This document shows, in pieces, positions 24,435-37,900 of a stretch of 64,000 nt of DNA. Below the pieces are notes generated by a model. It searched no databases. It was given only the letters and a program-made list of their open reading frames with translations, and was not told the DNA's origin. Where the stretch lies: assembly GCF_000143415.4 (NCBI RefSeq), contig NW_003314301.1:1642912-1706911 (forward strand), given 5' to 3'. The number at the start of each line of letters is the position of its first letter. Position 1 is the first letter of the stretch. The translations under genes were made by a program, and so were the position numbers. This DNA comes from Selaginella moellendorffii. Taxonomy: Eukaryota > Plantae > Lycopodiophyta.

Positions 24435-26056
24435 TGTGAGACACAAAATCCTTAGGCCCCAAAGTGGAGCCGGAAGGGCGCCACATAGTAGTGGCCGAAG
24501 CGAGAGCCAAATGAGCGTAACATGTTTGGACCAAAAGCTCCGACTTGAAAAGTCAAGAGCGGGAGTGGAACTCCCAACGAAGTGCTCGAGGAACGAGCAC
24601 GAAACGAGCAAAAGGCGAGGCTCCAAAAAGGGACCCAAAAGGACCAACACATGACACGTGGGAGTGTCCGAGATGGACTCGAGTTGGAGTTCGAAGTGGA
24701 GTCCAAGATGGACCCGAGTTGGAGTCCGAAGTGGAGTCCAAGATGGACCCGAGTTGGAGTCCGAAGTGGAGTCCGAGATGGACCCGAGTTGGAGTCCGAA
24801 GTGGAGTCCGAGATGGACCCGAGATGGAGTCCGAGATGGAGTCCGAAGTGGAGTCCGAGGTGGACCCGAGATGGACCCGAGTTGGAGTCCGAAGTGGAGT
24901 CCAAGATGGAGTCCGAGATGGAGTCCGAGATGGAGTCCGAAGTCGAGACCGAGACCGGGACCGAGACCGAGACCGAGACCGAGCCTGAGCCCGAGTCCGA
25001 GTCTGAATCCGAGTCCAAGTCCGAGTCCGAGTCCGAGTCCGAGTCCGAGTCCGGAGCCTGAGAGGGTGAAAGCCCAAAGCGTTCGTCTCCCAGGCCCTGG
25101 GGGGTTTGGTGAGCTCCAAAAGTATAGTAGGGGGAGGACTGCAGTGGAGCCAGTTTGGCCAGGAAAGGCCAGTTTGGCCCAGGAAGGCCGGACCCAGTGT
25201 TGGGTGATGAGCTGCCCACTGGGAAGTCCAAGACTAGAGTGAACACAGACCGACAAGCGGGGTAGCTTGGTGAAGTGTTCAAGAGCCGGCTCTAGTTCCC
25301 CCGGGAGATTGACTGGCCGATGCTCCTAGTCCAAGTGTGGGTGGCACTACCTACTTGGATACCTGGTGTGGCTCAACGGAACCCGCTCTAAGCCCATGGC
25401 TAGAGCACCCAAGGGCAGAAGGCGAGGAGAGTACCCAGGTGGCTCGCGTAAGGCCACGGTGTTCCGAAATGTTGTCCCAAAGGCCCAGACTGTGGAAAGG
25501 AAGAGGAGCAGTCCTCTGGGGTAGTGACCAAGGACACAGTCGTGTGGTGAGGAAGTCCCAGAGGACCGTGGGACTTAGTGGTCGGGCCTGTGGGTCTCGA
25601 TCCAGTGGCAGTGTTGGCAAACACGGCCAGGGGCAGAAAGGGACTTAGTGGGGACTGACAGAGGGATATTGGGGAAGGCTATTCCCCTTGTCAGTGGGCA
25701 TCCTAAGGATGCTAAGGAGTGGATCTGAGATGACCACTCACGGATGGTTTGCCTAGTCTTGGAGAGCCAAGACAGTGATGCAAGTGGTATTGGACTACCA
25801 GTGTGGCAAAGGTGATTGGGCATGGCCTTAGCGTAACGGGCTGCTATGTCGGTGGTACCTTTGAGTGTCGGTCATGGGATCGGACACGTGGAGCACTTGG
25901 ACCAAGTGCAAATATTGAGTGGCATGGATGCCATTCTCGGGGCTAGTAAGTCCCAAGTCCTGGATTGGACTTATGGAGGTTGTGAATGAGACTCCTCCAA
26001 GTGGTCAGAGGTGTGGTTAAGTGACTAAAGTAGAATGGAAAATTTAGTCGCTTACA
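24435..26056 (+). repeat. 5' LTR (1622 bp)
   Basis: Near-identical to 30157-31791. Confidence 0.95.
24668..25055 (+). repeat. Hexamer-based minisatellite in the 5' LTR (GAGTCC/GAGATG/GAGACC/GAAGTG units)
   Basis: Directly visible tandem units. Confidence 0.92.
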
Positions 26057-29000
26057 ATTTGGTATCGGAGCTGTTCCTTAGTCCGACTTTTATTGGTGCT
26101 CAAGTATATCACCACTAGTGTTGGCATCGGAAGGTCCGAGGAGTGGGCCTATCCTTGAGGAGTAGCAAGTCGGGAAGACATGGCTCTCCATTACAGTTCA
26201 TGTGTGAACTTGTAGACGAGGTGGTGGATAGAAAAGGGCCAATAATGGAACGACTTTGGGATCTTGGGAACAGTATATGGTTTTCCTCAAAGAGTTGAGG
26301 ATGTGATCCAGATGAGCGTTTGACTTAGCAAACTGGCTAATGTAGTTGTGGTAAACAACTACAGTTGGGATCACGGGAAAGATAAAGACTCCAAAGCAAT
26401 AAAGGAGTCACAAGATTTTCCTCATATAATTGAGGTTGGTGCTCATGAATGTGAGACCAGAAGTAATGACCGTGGGAGGTCAAATACGGAAGAGGACTCA
26501 AGTCCTTGAAAAGGTAGCCGGGGCTACCTCTAATAAATGCTGGAACAACCCAAGGAGTTGGGGGTGTATTAAGTGGATGAGTTGGTGTTCTCATCACATG
26601 GACAAGTAGTCCTAAGGGGCAAAGGTTGCCCCCAGAGAACAAAATCAAGTGTCGGAGTAACACTTGTGAAAATAGTTCTTTTGAGTAGGACAGGAATGCA
26701 AGAAGTGTATTCCAGTGAGGTAGTGCCTCACAAGTAGGACCTTACGGGTCTGTGGATTAACCAAGTCCAAAACTGCTGGATGACTCAAGTAGAGTCAACG
26801 GATGGTCCTAAAAGGACTGATGGAAGCATTTGGACTGAGGTGTGTTGTACCCCACAAAGGATGGGGGGGGATCATAGGATCCAAGGATGAGAACAGGGGG
26901 TATCTCATCGATGGCAAAATGTGCCATGCTAAAGTTATGGGAAAGGTGTTCCCAGAAGAAAACAACTTTGACATAAAGTTGTGTGTGACCTCTATGGTGC
27001 AGTGTTAACGGATGGTTGGCATGAGAAAGAGCGGTGTTGGTCTTGGCAAAGACTTAGACACGAAGGGGAAATGTCATAGAGGTAGGCTCGTGGAGCCGAT
27101 GGTGTGGAGATACCAAATGTGCCAAGGTGTGATACCTTGAGGCTATGTTGGTGGGTTCATGAGAACCCCTTGCCAAAGGAATCCCAATGGAAATGGGAAT
27201 AGCATAGCCTAAGCTGCAGAGCATGCAGTTGGAGTGTGGTGACCCAGATAATGATGGAGGTGTGAAAGCACCAAGCAATGAGTTGTAGGACTTGACAACT
27301 ATGAGGCAACTAAGCAAGAGGTGCAAAATAACTGGTTAAACGGGTAGAATGTAGCTACCCAAGACTTCTTAATAGCATAGGGAAGTTGGATATACCCTTA
27401 CGGGGGATAAGTTGCTTGTGTTGCGATATAGTAAGTCAATGTCATAAAAGGAAATACTCATTGTCAAGAAAGCCATCATTGGGACACCCAAACACTCTAA
27501 AACACCAGAAGGTGGTGTTTGATGTCGCGAGGGCAATGGATAAAGCCCAAGGGACTAAGTCCCTAGCGAATGATGGATAGAAGGTGCTATCCAAATGTCC
27601 AAGGTTGCGGAGACAGGAGAGGACTGTCTACCCGAGTTGGACAAAGCCAAAAATAGAATTTTGGCAAGGTTAGTGATGGGCATGTAAAGGCCCATAAGCA
27701 ACAATGTAATCCCAGTGTGTGGGATTATAAGGTGAGCATACCCGGATTGAGGAACCACTCCCTAGGCTATTAGGTAGGTTCATCCTTAAGAATATTTGCT
27801 AAAGCATGATAGAAAGTGCAAAGCTATCCTCCTGGTCTGGAGGAGAATAACCAAAGGAAACGTGTGAAGCCAAAAAACAAGAAGTAAGGGGATAGAACCA
27901 AACCGTAGGAATCAAAGGGCATAACCAAGGTTGGTTATGCCAGCTGGGAGTGGAGAATCAAGTGGGGGCTCGAGGGTGTTGCCGCTAGCAACCGTGATGC
28001 CATGGAGAGTCTAAAATATGGAATTGTCCATGTTAGACTATGTGGCATTTGGAAGGTTTGCAAAAAGGGAGGCCTTAGCAAGCTGAGGGACAGAGTTCCT
28101 TCAAGGTTCCCAAAGACGATTCTAGGTAGCTTAGTACCTAGAAAGGCCAAGTGTAAATGGTTCATGGAACACGCGAAATCAGAGTGGCGCAGCAGAAGCG
28201 TGGTCTTGAAGCTTGCCATGAGGCAAGGCTATCAAGGTTAGGGAAGTAGTTCCCGAGTGTTCAAAGAGAGGGCTTTGAACGAAAGTCGATGGTCAAGGAC
28301 TTTCACGCTTATGCAGGAACCATGTTACAGTGGTCGGAGGACTTGCCAAGCGAGATTGGCACGTCGGGGGAACAAATACCCTAGTTGAAGGTGATAACTT
28401 CAAAAAGGGTGGGCCATGGGGTTGAGCATGGAGGAGTCCATGCGTGATCACAGACATGTCAAGTGAGAGGACTTGGCAGTGTGGAGGAACTAGGTTCCTA
28501 AGCTGTGATCTGTAGCGCGCTTTAAAAATAAGTTGGTGCACCGGCGTGGGGAGTCACGCCAGGCATCTTGTGTGATGCCGTCCGTAGATGCATATACGGA
28601 GGTTGGGTTCGAGTCCCGACCCTCTAGTGCTTGGGTTCGAGTCCCAAATCACTAGGGCGTGGTGATGGTTTGGAATATGAGGACACTCATATTTCGGTGG
28701 TCATGGACTCTCAGTGGGGAGACTGGTTTGGGCACACCGCCAAGCGAGGGATGCCTTGGAGTCGTGATGTACGGTTAGATTGCTTAGTGTGAAAGCTCAG
28801 CATATCTAACTTGAACGCTTTGGTGCAAGTGGCACCAAGGTCGTGGTGAGTGAGATGGGGACACCTAATCTCAGTTGCTATGAACCCTTGGCCGTAAGGG
28901 CTAGCTTGGGTGCACCGCCAAGTGTAGGGGATGCCCCCGGGGTTATAGTCAACAACTTGGAGGTCTAGAAGACCAAGTACCTCTTGGCAACTCTGTTAAG

Positions 29001-30156
29001 GTGCCAAGGTGAGATCACTAGGTGATTTTATGGCCAGATAAGGACAAGGTCCTTGGTTGGCTAAGGAATGAAGTTCCTGGTTCAAAATGTTGAAATTGAA
29101 CTGTTTAAGGTGGTGTGGCTGGGTCGTGATGACCAAGTGGGAAGAGCACCTAAGGGAAATAAACTATGTCCGTGCGATGGCATAGTGAGTCCGAGGAAAG
29201 TAGTCTCTATAAAAGACCCATGGGAGGGTCACGAAGTTGGGCCGTGGATAGAGCCCATAGCAGAAGATGCTAAAGAGACGTATTAGGGGTGAACATCCTC
29301 TGGACTTGGCAAAGAAGAGTCTTTGCTATGGAACCGAAACAATACCTCAAGGAGGGAGGTAGAGATTCGATGTTACTTGGTGCAACAATCAACGGATAGG
29401 AGCAAAAGATGAGTGGCCAAGATAGGGCCGTGGAATCCTTTGGAAGGAATCCAAGTGACAAAGTTAGGCGAGGAACACTAATGTGTTGGACGCTAACAAG
29501 TTGCGGGAAAGGAAGTGTGTTTCCAAAGAGCGATTCTGAAATGCTCCGATTTGGCGAAAGTGGAAGCTCCAAGGGAGGGAGCGGTAAGGTAGCCAAATGA
29601 TGGGGCCATGAACAGCCCTAGCACAAAGTATGATAACTGGAACTTTGGCACGAAATAGAAGAGAGGATGATGGTGCCCTCGAGTAGAGAACTTCCTAGGA
29701 TGGGAAGTGGAGATGCACAAAAGGTGCAAGGCAAGGTGTCGGAGACACCTAGGAAATTGACTCCAAGAAGTCAAAATTCAAAATTCCAAAGTGCAAAGGT
29801 TATATCGATGGAAATTGAGACTACTTGAGAAGGAGTAGTGGGATTGACTTAGAGAAGGGTCTCTAAGAGGTTTAGCAAGAACTAAACCAATAAAATGAGA
29901 GAACCACTATATGTGGTCCAATCAGTCTCTAAGTTGGAGAGACTACCCTCCTTAGAGGATATGCAAAAGGCATGGTGAGCCTTCAATGTCCAACCATTGA
30001 CGAATATGGAAAAGGTATGGTGAGCCTTCAATGTCACACCATTGACAAATATTGGCTACGCGCCAAGGATGGAAATGGTAACACATGCGGGTGTTACTTT
30101 ATAAAATGGTTCACCGTTCGATGAGGACATCGAACTTCGTCTATGGGTGGTGGAGT

Positions 30157-30633
30157 TGTGAGACACAAAATCCCTAGGCCCCAAAGTGGAGCCGGAAGGG
30201 CGCCACATGGTAGTGGCCGAAGCGAGAGCCAAACGAGCGTAACATGTTTGGACCAAAAGCTCCGACTTGAAAAGTCAAGAGCGGGAGTGGAACTCCCAAC
30301 GAAGTGCTCGAGGAACGAGCACGAAGCGAGCAAAAGGCGAGGCTCCAAAAAGGGACCCAAAAGGACCAACACATGACACGTGGGAGTGTCCGAGATGGAC
30401 TCGAGTTGGAGTTCAAAGTGGAGTCCAAGATGGACCCGAGTTGGAGTCCGAAGTGGAGTCCAAGATGGACCCGAGTTGGAGTCCGAAATGGAGTCCGAGA
30501 TGGACCCGAGTTGGAGTCCGAGATGGAGTCCGAGATGGACCCGAGATGGACCCGAGATGGAGTCCGAGATGGAGTCCGAGATGGAGTCCGAGATGGAGTC
30601 TGAGATGGAGTCCGAAGTCGAGACCGAGACCGG

Positions 30634-30665
<32 letters not shown>

Positions 30666-31791
30666 TCGGGACCGAGACCGAGACCGAGGCCGAGGCCGAG
30701 ACCGAGCCCGAGCCCGAGTCCGAGTCCGAATCCGAGTCCGAGTCCAAGTCCGAGTCCGAGTCCGAGTCCGAGTCCGAGTCCGAGTCCGGAGCCTGAGAGG
30801 GTGAAAGCCCAAAGCGTTCGTCTCCCAGACCCTGGGGGGTTTGGTGAGCTCCAAAAGTATAGTAGGGGGAGGACTGCAGTGGAGCCAGTTTGGCCAGGAA
30901 AGGCCAGTTTGGCCTAGGAAGGCCGGACCCAGTGTTGGGTGATGAGCTGCCCACTGGGAAGTCCAAGACTAGAGTGAACACAGACCGACAAGCGGGGTAG
31001 CTTGGTGAAGTGTTCAAGAGCCGGCTCTAGTTCCCCCGGGAGATTGACTGGTCGATGCTCCCAGTCCAAGTGTGGGTGGCACTACCTACTTGGATACCTG
31101 GTGTGGCTCAATGGAACCCGCTCTAAGCCCATGGCTAGAGCACCCAAGGGCAGAAGGCGAGGAGAGTACCCAGGTGGCTCGCGTAAGGCCACGGTGTTCC
31201 GAAATGTTGTCCCAAAGGCCCAGACTGTGGAAAGGAAGAGGAGCAGTCCTCTGGGGTAGTGACCAAGGACACAGTCGTGTGGTGAGGAAGTCCCAGAGGA
31301 CCGTGGGACTTAGTGGTCGGGCCTGTGGGTCTCGATCCAGTGGCAGTGTTGGCAAACACGGCCAGGGGCAGAAAGGGACTTAGTGGGGACTGACAGAGGG
31401 ATATTGGGGAAGGCTATTCCCCTTGTCGGTGGGCATCCTAAGGATGCTAAGGAGTGGATCTGAGATGACCACTCACGGATGGTTTGCCTAGTCTTGGAGA
31501 GCCAAGACAGTGATGCAAGTGGTATTGGACTACCAGTGTGGCAAAGGTGATTGGGCATGGCCTTAGCGTAACGGGCTGCTATGTCGGTGGTACCTTTGAG
31601 TGTCGGTCATGGGATCGGACACGTGGAGCACTTGGACCAAGTGCAAATATTGAGTGGCATGGATGCCATTCTCGGGGCTAGTAAGTCCCAAGTCCTGGAT
31701 TGGACTTATGGAGGTTGTGAATGAGACTCCTCCAAGTGGTCAGAGGTGTGGTTAAGTGACTAAAGTAGAATGGAAAATTTAGTCGCTTACA
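30157..31791 (+). repeat. 3' LTR (1635 bp)
   Basis: Near-identical to 24435-26056; its minisatellite (~30390-30790) is 13 nt longer. Confidence 0.95.
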
Positions 31792-32329
31792 ATGTTAAGA
31801 TGTGGTCATGGGATGACTACTCATGGATGGATGGCCAAATCTTTGGTAGACAAGACGATGGTATAGGTGGTCTTGGACTACTAATGAAACAAAGGTGAAT
31901 GGACATAACCTTAGTGTGATGGGGTGATATATTAATAGTATTTTTGGGTCTATTATAGGATTGAATATTGTGGAGCATATGGACTAAGTGCAAAGGTTAA
32001 GTGGCATAGATGCTATAACAAGTTCCCAAGTCAAGAATAAAATTTATGTAGGTGGTGAGTGAGACTTTTCCAAGTGGTTAAAAGTGTGAATAAATGATTA
32101 ATGTAGAATGGAAAATTTAGTTACTTACACCATAATCTTAAAGTAAAAGATGCACTCAAAGCTTGGGATTTAAAGGGCCCCATGATTAAATTTTGTTATA
32201 CCAAAGAATGTTAAAAATCTAAAAGTTTAGTGGGTTTTGCTATAGGGAGTATAACCAAATTTTAAGTCCAATTTAACCTAGAGAGGGGGATTAGAAAAGA
32301 ATTTGAGAATCCATGGATAGATGGGTAAT

Positions 32330-32686
32330 ATTCCATTGCTCTTGCAATGAGTTCTCCCCACCTTCATTCTTTGGGTGCTCTAGTTATATGGCTAAAGTGA
32401 GGTTTTGATGAGCCACATCAAGTATCTAAGCAAGTAGTGTTACCCACACTTGGATTGGGGGTATCAACCATTCAATCTCTTGGGGGAGCTAAAGTCGACC
32501 TTTGAACACTTCACCAAATTACCCCATTTGTTCGTTTGTGTTCACTTTAGCATTTCATTCCTTAGTAGTTATATAATTACCCACCATGTGGGCATAACGT
32601 TTTTATGTCACACTAGCTTTTCCTAGCCAAACTAGTTTCATTGGCTCCTTACTATACTTTTGGAACTTTGGAACCCCCTATTTCAA
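32330..32686 (-). mobile_element. Inverted, decayed LTR fragment related to the young LTR family
   Basis: TTTGAACACTTCACCAAATTACCCC..GTGTTCACTTTAG is the reverse complement of LTR sequence near 25235-25285. Confidence 0.65.
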
Positions 32687-32689
32687 ATG

Positions 32690-34900
32690 CAAAAGGGTTA
32701 AAGAAATATTATAAAGAATTATAGACAAAGTTGTCATTATATGAATATTACAAAGCTAATTATCCACAACTGTAGAATAAACACTAAAGCAAGAAAAATG
32801 GTCAATCTTCTAATGATAATAAGTTAGATATTAAGAAGTTGCAAAATTTGTAGTGTGAGGATAAAAAGGAAGACTATTGCAATTAGAGGAAGAGACTCTT
32901 AATCATTGCTCATCAACTCAATTGTGTATGGAATATAACTTGGAGACATAAAGATGGTGGAAAGTGCAATTATTTTTAAACAATATTTCATTGTTTGTGT
33001 AAAGGTATTAAAAGTGTTAGTTGGCAAAACCACACTTATAAAGGTATTTTATCTTATGGAAATCCATATAGATATTATTCTTAGGATGCTATTGTTACCA
33101 AAGGTGAATCTAAAGATAAAGTGGAGTATTAAGTGTGTCTTACTAAAGTATTGTTATGTTAAATATATGTGGTTTGGAGAGGGAGTTCAACCTTTAGTTG
33201 TTATGCTTTCTACTACATCTTTAAAACAAGTTTCTCATAGAAAAAAACTTTCAAGTTACTTATTTGTTTGTGACTTGGGGGACCAAAATTCGTCTAAGGG
33301 AAAGGTGGTAGTATAAGATGTACTTGAAAAGTTTTTTCCATGTCTTTTCATCTAAACTTCCTCATTGTCGCGAATGTGACTTCGGGTATCGAAAGATACT
33401 TGTCAACTAGTCCTTACGGGCACTCTTTCCTTACTACCATGACGGCAGGAGGTTGGTACTGCTGGTTCCCTTTATTGGCCCCTCTTGTCCAAGTGTTAGT
33501 AAACTGGGTTTAGCATCTGTACTTGGCCGGATGAGCATAAGGAAGGAATTCCTAAGTGTCTATTTAGCCAAGCATACTTGGCCCAGCTTGTTAGTTCTCT
33601 TTTGCTTTGTCTTGCACTGGCTTGGCAAGAACCCTCACATATTGAGACTAGTCCCTCAATATCGCTGGATGATAGCTTACCGTGTTTGCCAAACACCCTC
33701 GCTATCACGCCCTTTGTGTTGGTCTCATTTTGGTGCAGGTGCTGGATACGGGGAGCTGGTGCTTGTGGGATTGTACCGGACCCTTGTTTCGTAGCGCAAC
33801 GGGCTTGGAGTTCGGCTCCAAATTCAAGTGCGCTACAGTTGGTATTGGAGCAAATGGCACGGGTTCGATTCCCATTGATTAGTGGCTACTTAAAAATATA
33901 ATATACCCTTGAGCAAGGTATATTCCTACCCCTAAATTTGAAATCGTATATATTGGGCATTCATGCGTACGTCCTTCCTCTTGTGTAGAGTATCCACGGA
34001 CGAAAGTATCCACTGTGGGACTGCGGTACGGGTGGATGACTAGTTGCCTCACATGGAATAACTAATCTACACAATAGAAAGATTGGTAGATTCAGTGCGA
34101 TAATGGAGGTGCTGGTTCCCCTTGGCTTAATAGGGGTTATTAGTCAATAGTCAATAAGGATATTGACATCTTTAAAGGGGGGGGTGAGTGTAGCACATGT
34201 GATCATGGGATGAGATTTGGATATACTATCACCGTGGATCCTTGGAACCTTGGGGGATAAATGGGGATAAAATAGCCACTAAGGGCTCTCTCATCAAGCA
34301 ATTACCCCTTTTCCAGTTGGCTTAAGGGGAGAGAGATAAGGTGCACTACACTCATAGATTGCCTTCATTATGAGGTGTGGAGCATGAAATTACAAAAGCA
34401 TTAGATATGACTAATTGACTGGTGTTTATTTCAGTTGAGCTATATAAAGGAGCAAGAAATCGACAGCAAGTCAAAAAGTTATTTGAGTTTGGATTTATTC
34501 AACTAAATAAATTTTTATTTGGCACATTAGTTTTACTCATGAAGAAGGATGGCTCAATGCAGATATGCATTGATTACCATGCCTTGAATAAAATGATGGT
34601 GAAGGATAAAATGTTAATGCTAATACCATATGTGAATGATATTTTAAACAAACTTGGCGTAACTTGAATATTTATATAAGGGGTGGATATTATTGGTTCG
34701 TGATGGATAAGGTATTTACTTCCAAGGTGGCAAGTTTTGGACATTTTGAGTTTATAATTATACTATTTGATTTGAAGAATGCATTGATGATATTTACTTG
34801 GTTGATAATAAAGGTATTGAATTTAGGCATTATCTACATGAGTTTATGAAGATATTTTTGGATGATATTATTTTTTTAAGCAAGAATATAAACAATAATA
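32690..34900 (+). mobile_element. Decayed gypsy protease/RT region interrupted by another LTR element (LTR 33366-33837, PBS 33840-33851, PPT ~34175)
   Basis: KKDGSMQICIDYHALNK RT motif near 34545; LTR end GCTACA followed by TGGTATTGGAGC. Confidence 0.65.
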
Positions 34901-34949
34901 AATGGCTCTATTAAGGATATCAACCTTCAAATTTTTGTATTAAAATTGT

Positions 34950-37900
34950 GCTTAATTTTCTTGTCTTCTTCCCCTTAAATTATCTAGCATCTAGATGATC
35001 ATAATAGTGGAATTAAAATGTATCTACTTGTAGCAAATACATATGGCTATTGTAATAAAGATTCTCATCCACCAATAAGAAAGGTGCTTTCATTTAGGTT
35101 TACAAAAATACCACTTTAGCATTCTAACCATGCTCAATTAATTGCTCAAACTTGTTAATCATGCTTATGAGCTCAACAAACACAATTCCTTTCATTTGCT
35201 TGCAACTCAACCTTACTTGGATCAAGATGTTCTAGCTGAGGAGGTGGAGAGAGGAATATCTCATGCTACACATGCATAATTTATGGAGGATCAGCCTGTT
35301 GAACATCATCTTGAACCTCAAAAACTTGTAGTCTAACTTACCACAACACCTCATATAATCATTTCCATTAAGCAAGGAGCCCCTTAAAAAAACCATCTAC
35401 TGTAAAATTGAGAAAATGGATTAACACAAAGTCATCCATTTTATATGCCGCAAATGGTTAATGATGGGAGTTGTAGTTCTATCATTGTCCCACTTGTATG
35501 CAGCTTAAGTGTTTAGTAAACTCTTCTCGGATAAGTGGAAGAATACTTGTCAAATACTAATCTTAAGATCTAATATCGGCAGATCATGGCAATTACCAAG
35601 GTACACTCAACTTCATTGATAATATTAGATCATGAATTTATATGGTGAAACATCAGTGGAACTGTATACCCCTATGATATATGCATATCGAAAAGATGAC
35701 AAATAATTATCCTAATTCAAATGCTAAAAGTTCATGTACTTCACAATGAGCTATTCCACCAAACCATTTATTTGTGGATGATAAAAACTTGTGAAAGTGT
35801 GGCGTATCCCTAACTGAGATGTTAAAATGTGAAATGTATTAGTCATAAATGTAAGATCATCGAAAGAATCCGCTTTGAACAAGAATGTTGAAACACTACT
35901 TGATTGAGAAGAAAGTATCTAATAACATTTACACACACATTAGCAAGGGCACCAACTTCCACCCAGTGAGTCAAATAATCAGAAGCAATAATGATATACT
36001 CATTGCCAATAGTCAACCATGGAAAAAGCCCCATTAGATCAAACATAAGTAATTCAAATAAATAAGAAACTACAATTTATTCCAACTGTACTTTTACAAC
36101 ATATGGGAGAATATTATGAGCATAGCATCAAACACAATTATGCATATATTAGATAACATCATGTTACATCTTTGGCTAATAGAAAGACCTGTGCAACTTC
36201 TTAAATATATGATGATGTCCTATATACCCACCTAGAATATAGTAAGTATAAAGAAAGCATGGAATAAAGATCATAAATAATCATTAAAATCCATTCTTTT
36301 AAGATAAAGAAGGTTATCCTCAAGTTAATATTGAGGCCTCATAAATCTTGTTAAAGAAAGATAAATCTTGCTTTGCACCTTATGGATATTGAATATTAAA
36401 TACATCAACTACCAATGCTATAGAATCCTCATTTAGAAAATCCACAAATGCTAGAATAATAGGTTCATCAAGAATAGGAAAAGAGAGTGAAAAAAGGAGA
36501 AGAACTTGAGAAAGGGTATCAGTATTAGCCATAAACTTTTTTGGGTGATAAGTAATATCAAAATTATATATTTGAAGCTTAAGAGCCCATTGAGCAGTAC
36601 AATCAACTAAGTTATTCCGTTTTAATAATGAAGTAACTATAGTATGATAATCTTTTAGTAACATCTAAGAACTATGCAAATATGTATTAATATCAACCAT
36701 AAAAGTTTTGGATGATAAGTAATATCAAGCTTATATATTTGAAGCTTAAGAACTGAGCAGTACAATCAACCAAGTTCTTTCGTTTTAATAATAAAGTAAC
36801 CATAGTATGATAATCTTTTAGTAACATCTAAGAACTATGCAAATATACATGAAACTTCTCAAAACCCTAAACTACTACTAAACACTCTTTTATCATAGAG
36901 TAGTTCACTTCTATTAGTTGTAATATATAGCTAATATATGCAATGGAATGATGTTGACTAGGCACATTTGTGCTCTCTTGCATAAAGACACCCTGAGACC
37001 AATATCACAAACATCCACACACAAAATAAAAAGTTGAGTATAATCAAGATATACTAAAACTGAAGGAGTTATCAATAACTCTTTGAAATCTGTAAATGCC
37101 TGTTCGCAATCCTCAAACCAAATGAAAGATGATGTTAATGACTTTAATAACACTTGCAATGGTGCAGTATAATCAGAAAGATGATCAACAAAATGACTAA
37201 GATATTACACTTTACCTAAGAAGCATTACACATCAAAATAGTTACAAGTTTGTCATGATCAATTTGTAAAAGGTAATGTAAGCTCCTAATTTTTAACTCA
37301 GTTTAATATTATTCAAAACCCAAAAACATTTAACCCTAAATATCCCAAGACTTTTAACTGATTAAAAAAGGGGGTGCACTCTTGTTCATAGACCCTTTCC
37401 CTTTATATTTAAACCCATTTTGATCATCTCTTGAATTGTTTTTTTTGTTGATTATAGATAAGTCATGTCCTTAGATCTAAAAATGTGCTTCAATCACTTT
37501 AAGTTTAAACCAACTTCCTGTAGTTGATCTAACACCTTATGAACATCATAAGTGTGTTCCTTCTATATTCCCTTTGAGTGAATCAAAACATCATTAATGA
37601 AGTCAACAATCACTTTCAATATATTGCAGAGAATCTTATCCATCATTTGCTAAAAAGTTATTATAACATTATTCAAACCGAACGGCATCACCAAGAACTT
37701 ATATAAACTAAATGGTGTATAAAAAATAGTCTTAGAAACATCTTCCTCAGCTATCGGCACTTGCTAGTACCCAAAAACAAAATCTAACTTGTTGAACCAA
37801 CAATTTCTCCTTATGTAATCTAGAAAATCAACAGTGTGAGGAGAAGGGTATATATTTAGGATAAGTCAATGTAAAAGTGAATACTCCCTTAGGCTTTGTT

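Larger units (their letters stand above)
24435..31791 (+). mobile_element. Young non-autonomous (LARD-like) LTR retrotransposon with a 5-bp TSD (ATGTT)
   Basis: TG..CA LTRs at 24435-26056 and 30157-31791. PBS TGGTATCGGAGC at 26060-26071, PPT at ~30145-30156, ATGTT at 24430-24434 and 31792-31796. The 4.1-kb interior has no long ORF. Confidence 0.93.
23881..32129 (+). mobile_element. Older LTR of the same family as the young element, split by its insertion
   Basis: Segments 24360-24434 and 31797-32129 join into a diverged copy of the 3' half of the young LTR, ending AAATTTAGTTACTTACA. It starts TGTAAGGGG at 23881. Confidence 0.7.

Noticed and set aside
24668-25055. Possible CRISPR-like array
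   Set aside because: Tandem units without unique spacers, inside plant LTRs, with no cas genes.
24366-25282. Long ORFs with SD, RS, LG and ESE repeats (also 30094-31017)
   Set aside because: They result from the stop-free hexamer minisatellite in the LTRs, which is open in most frames; no evidence they are proteins.
28601-28657. tRNA gene or SINE
   Set aside because: Only T-arm-like hairpins are present; no D arm/A-box, anticodon arm or acceptor stem was found.
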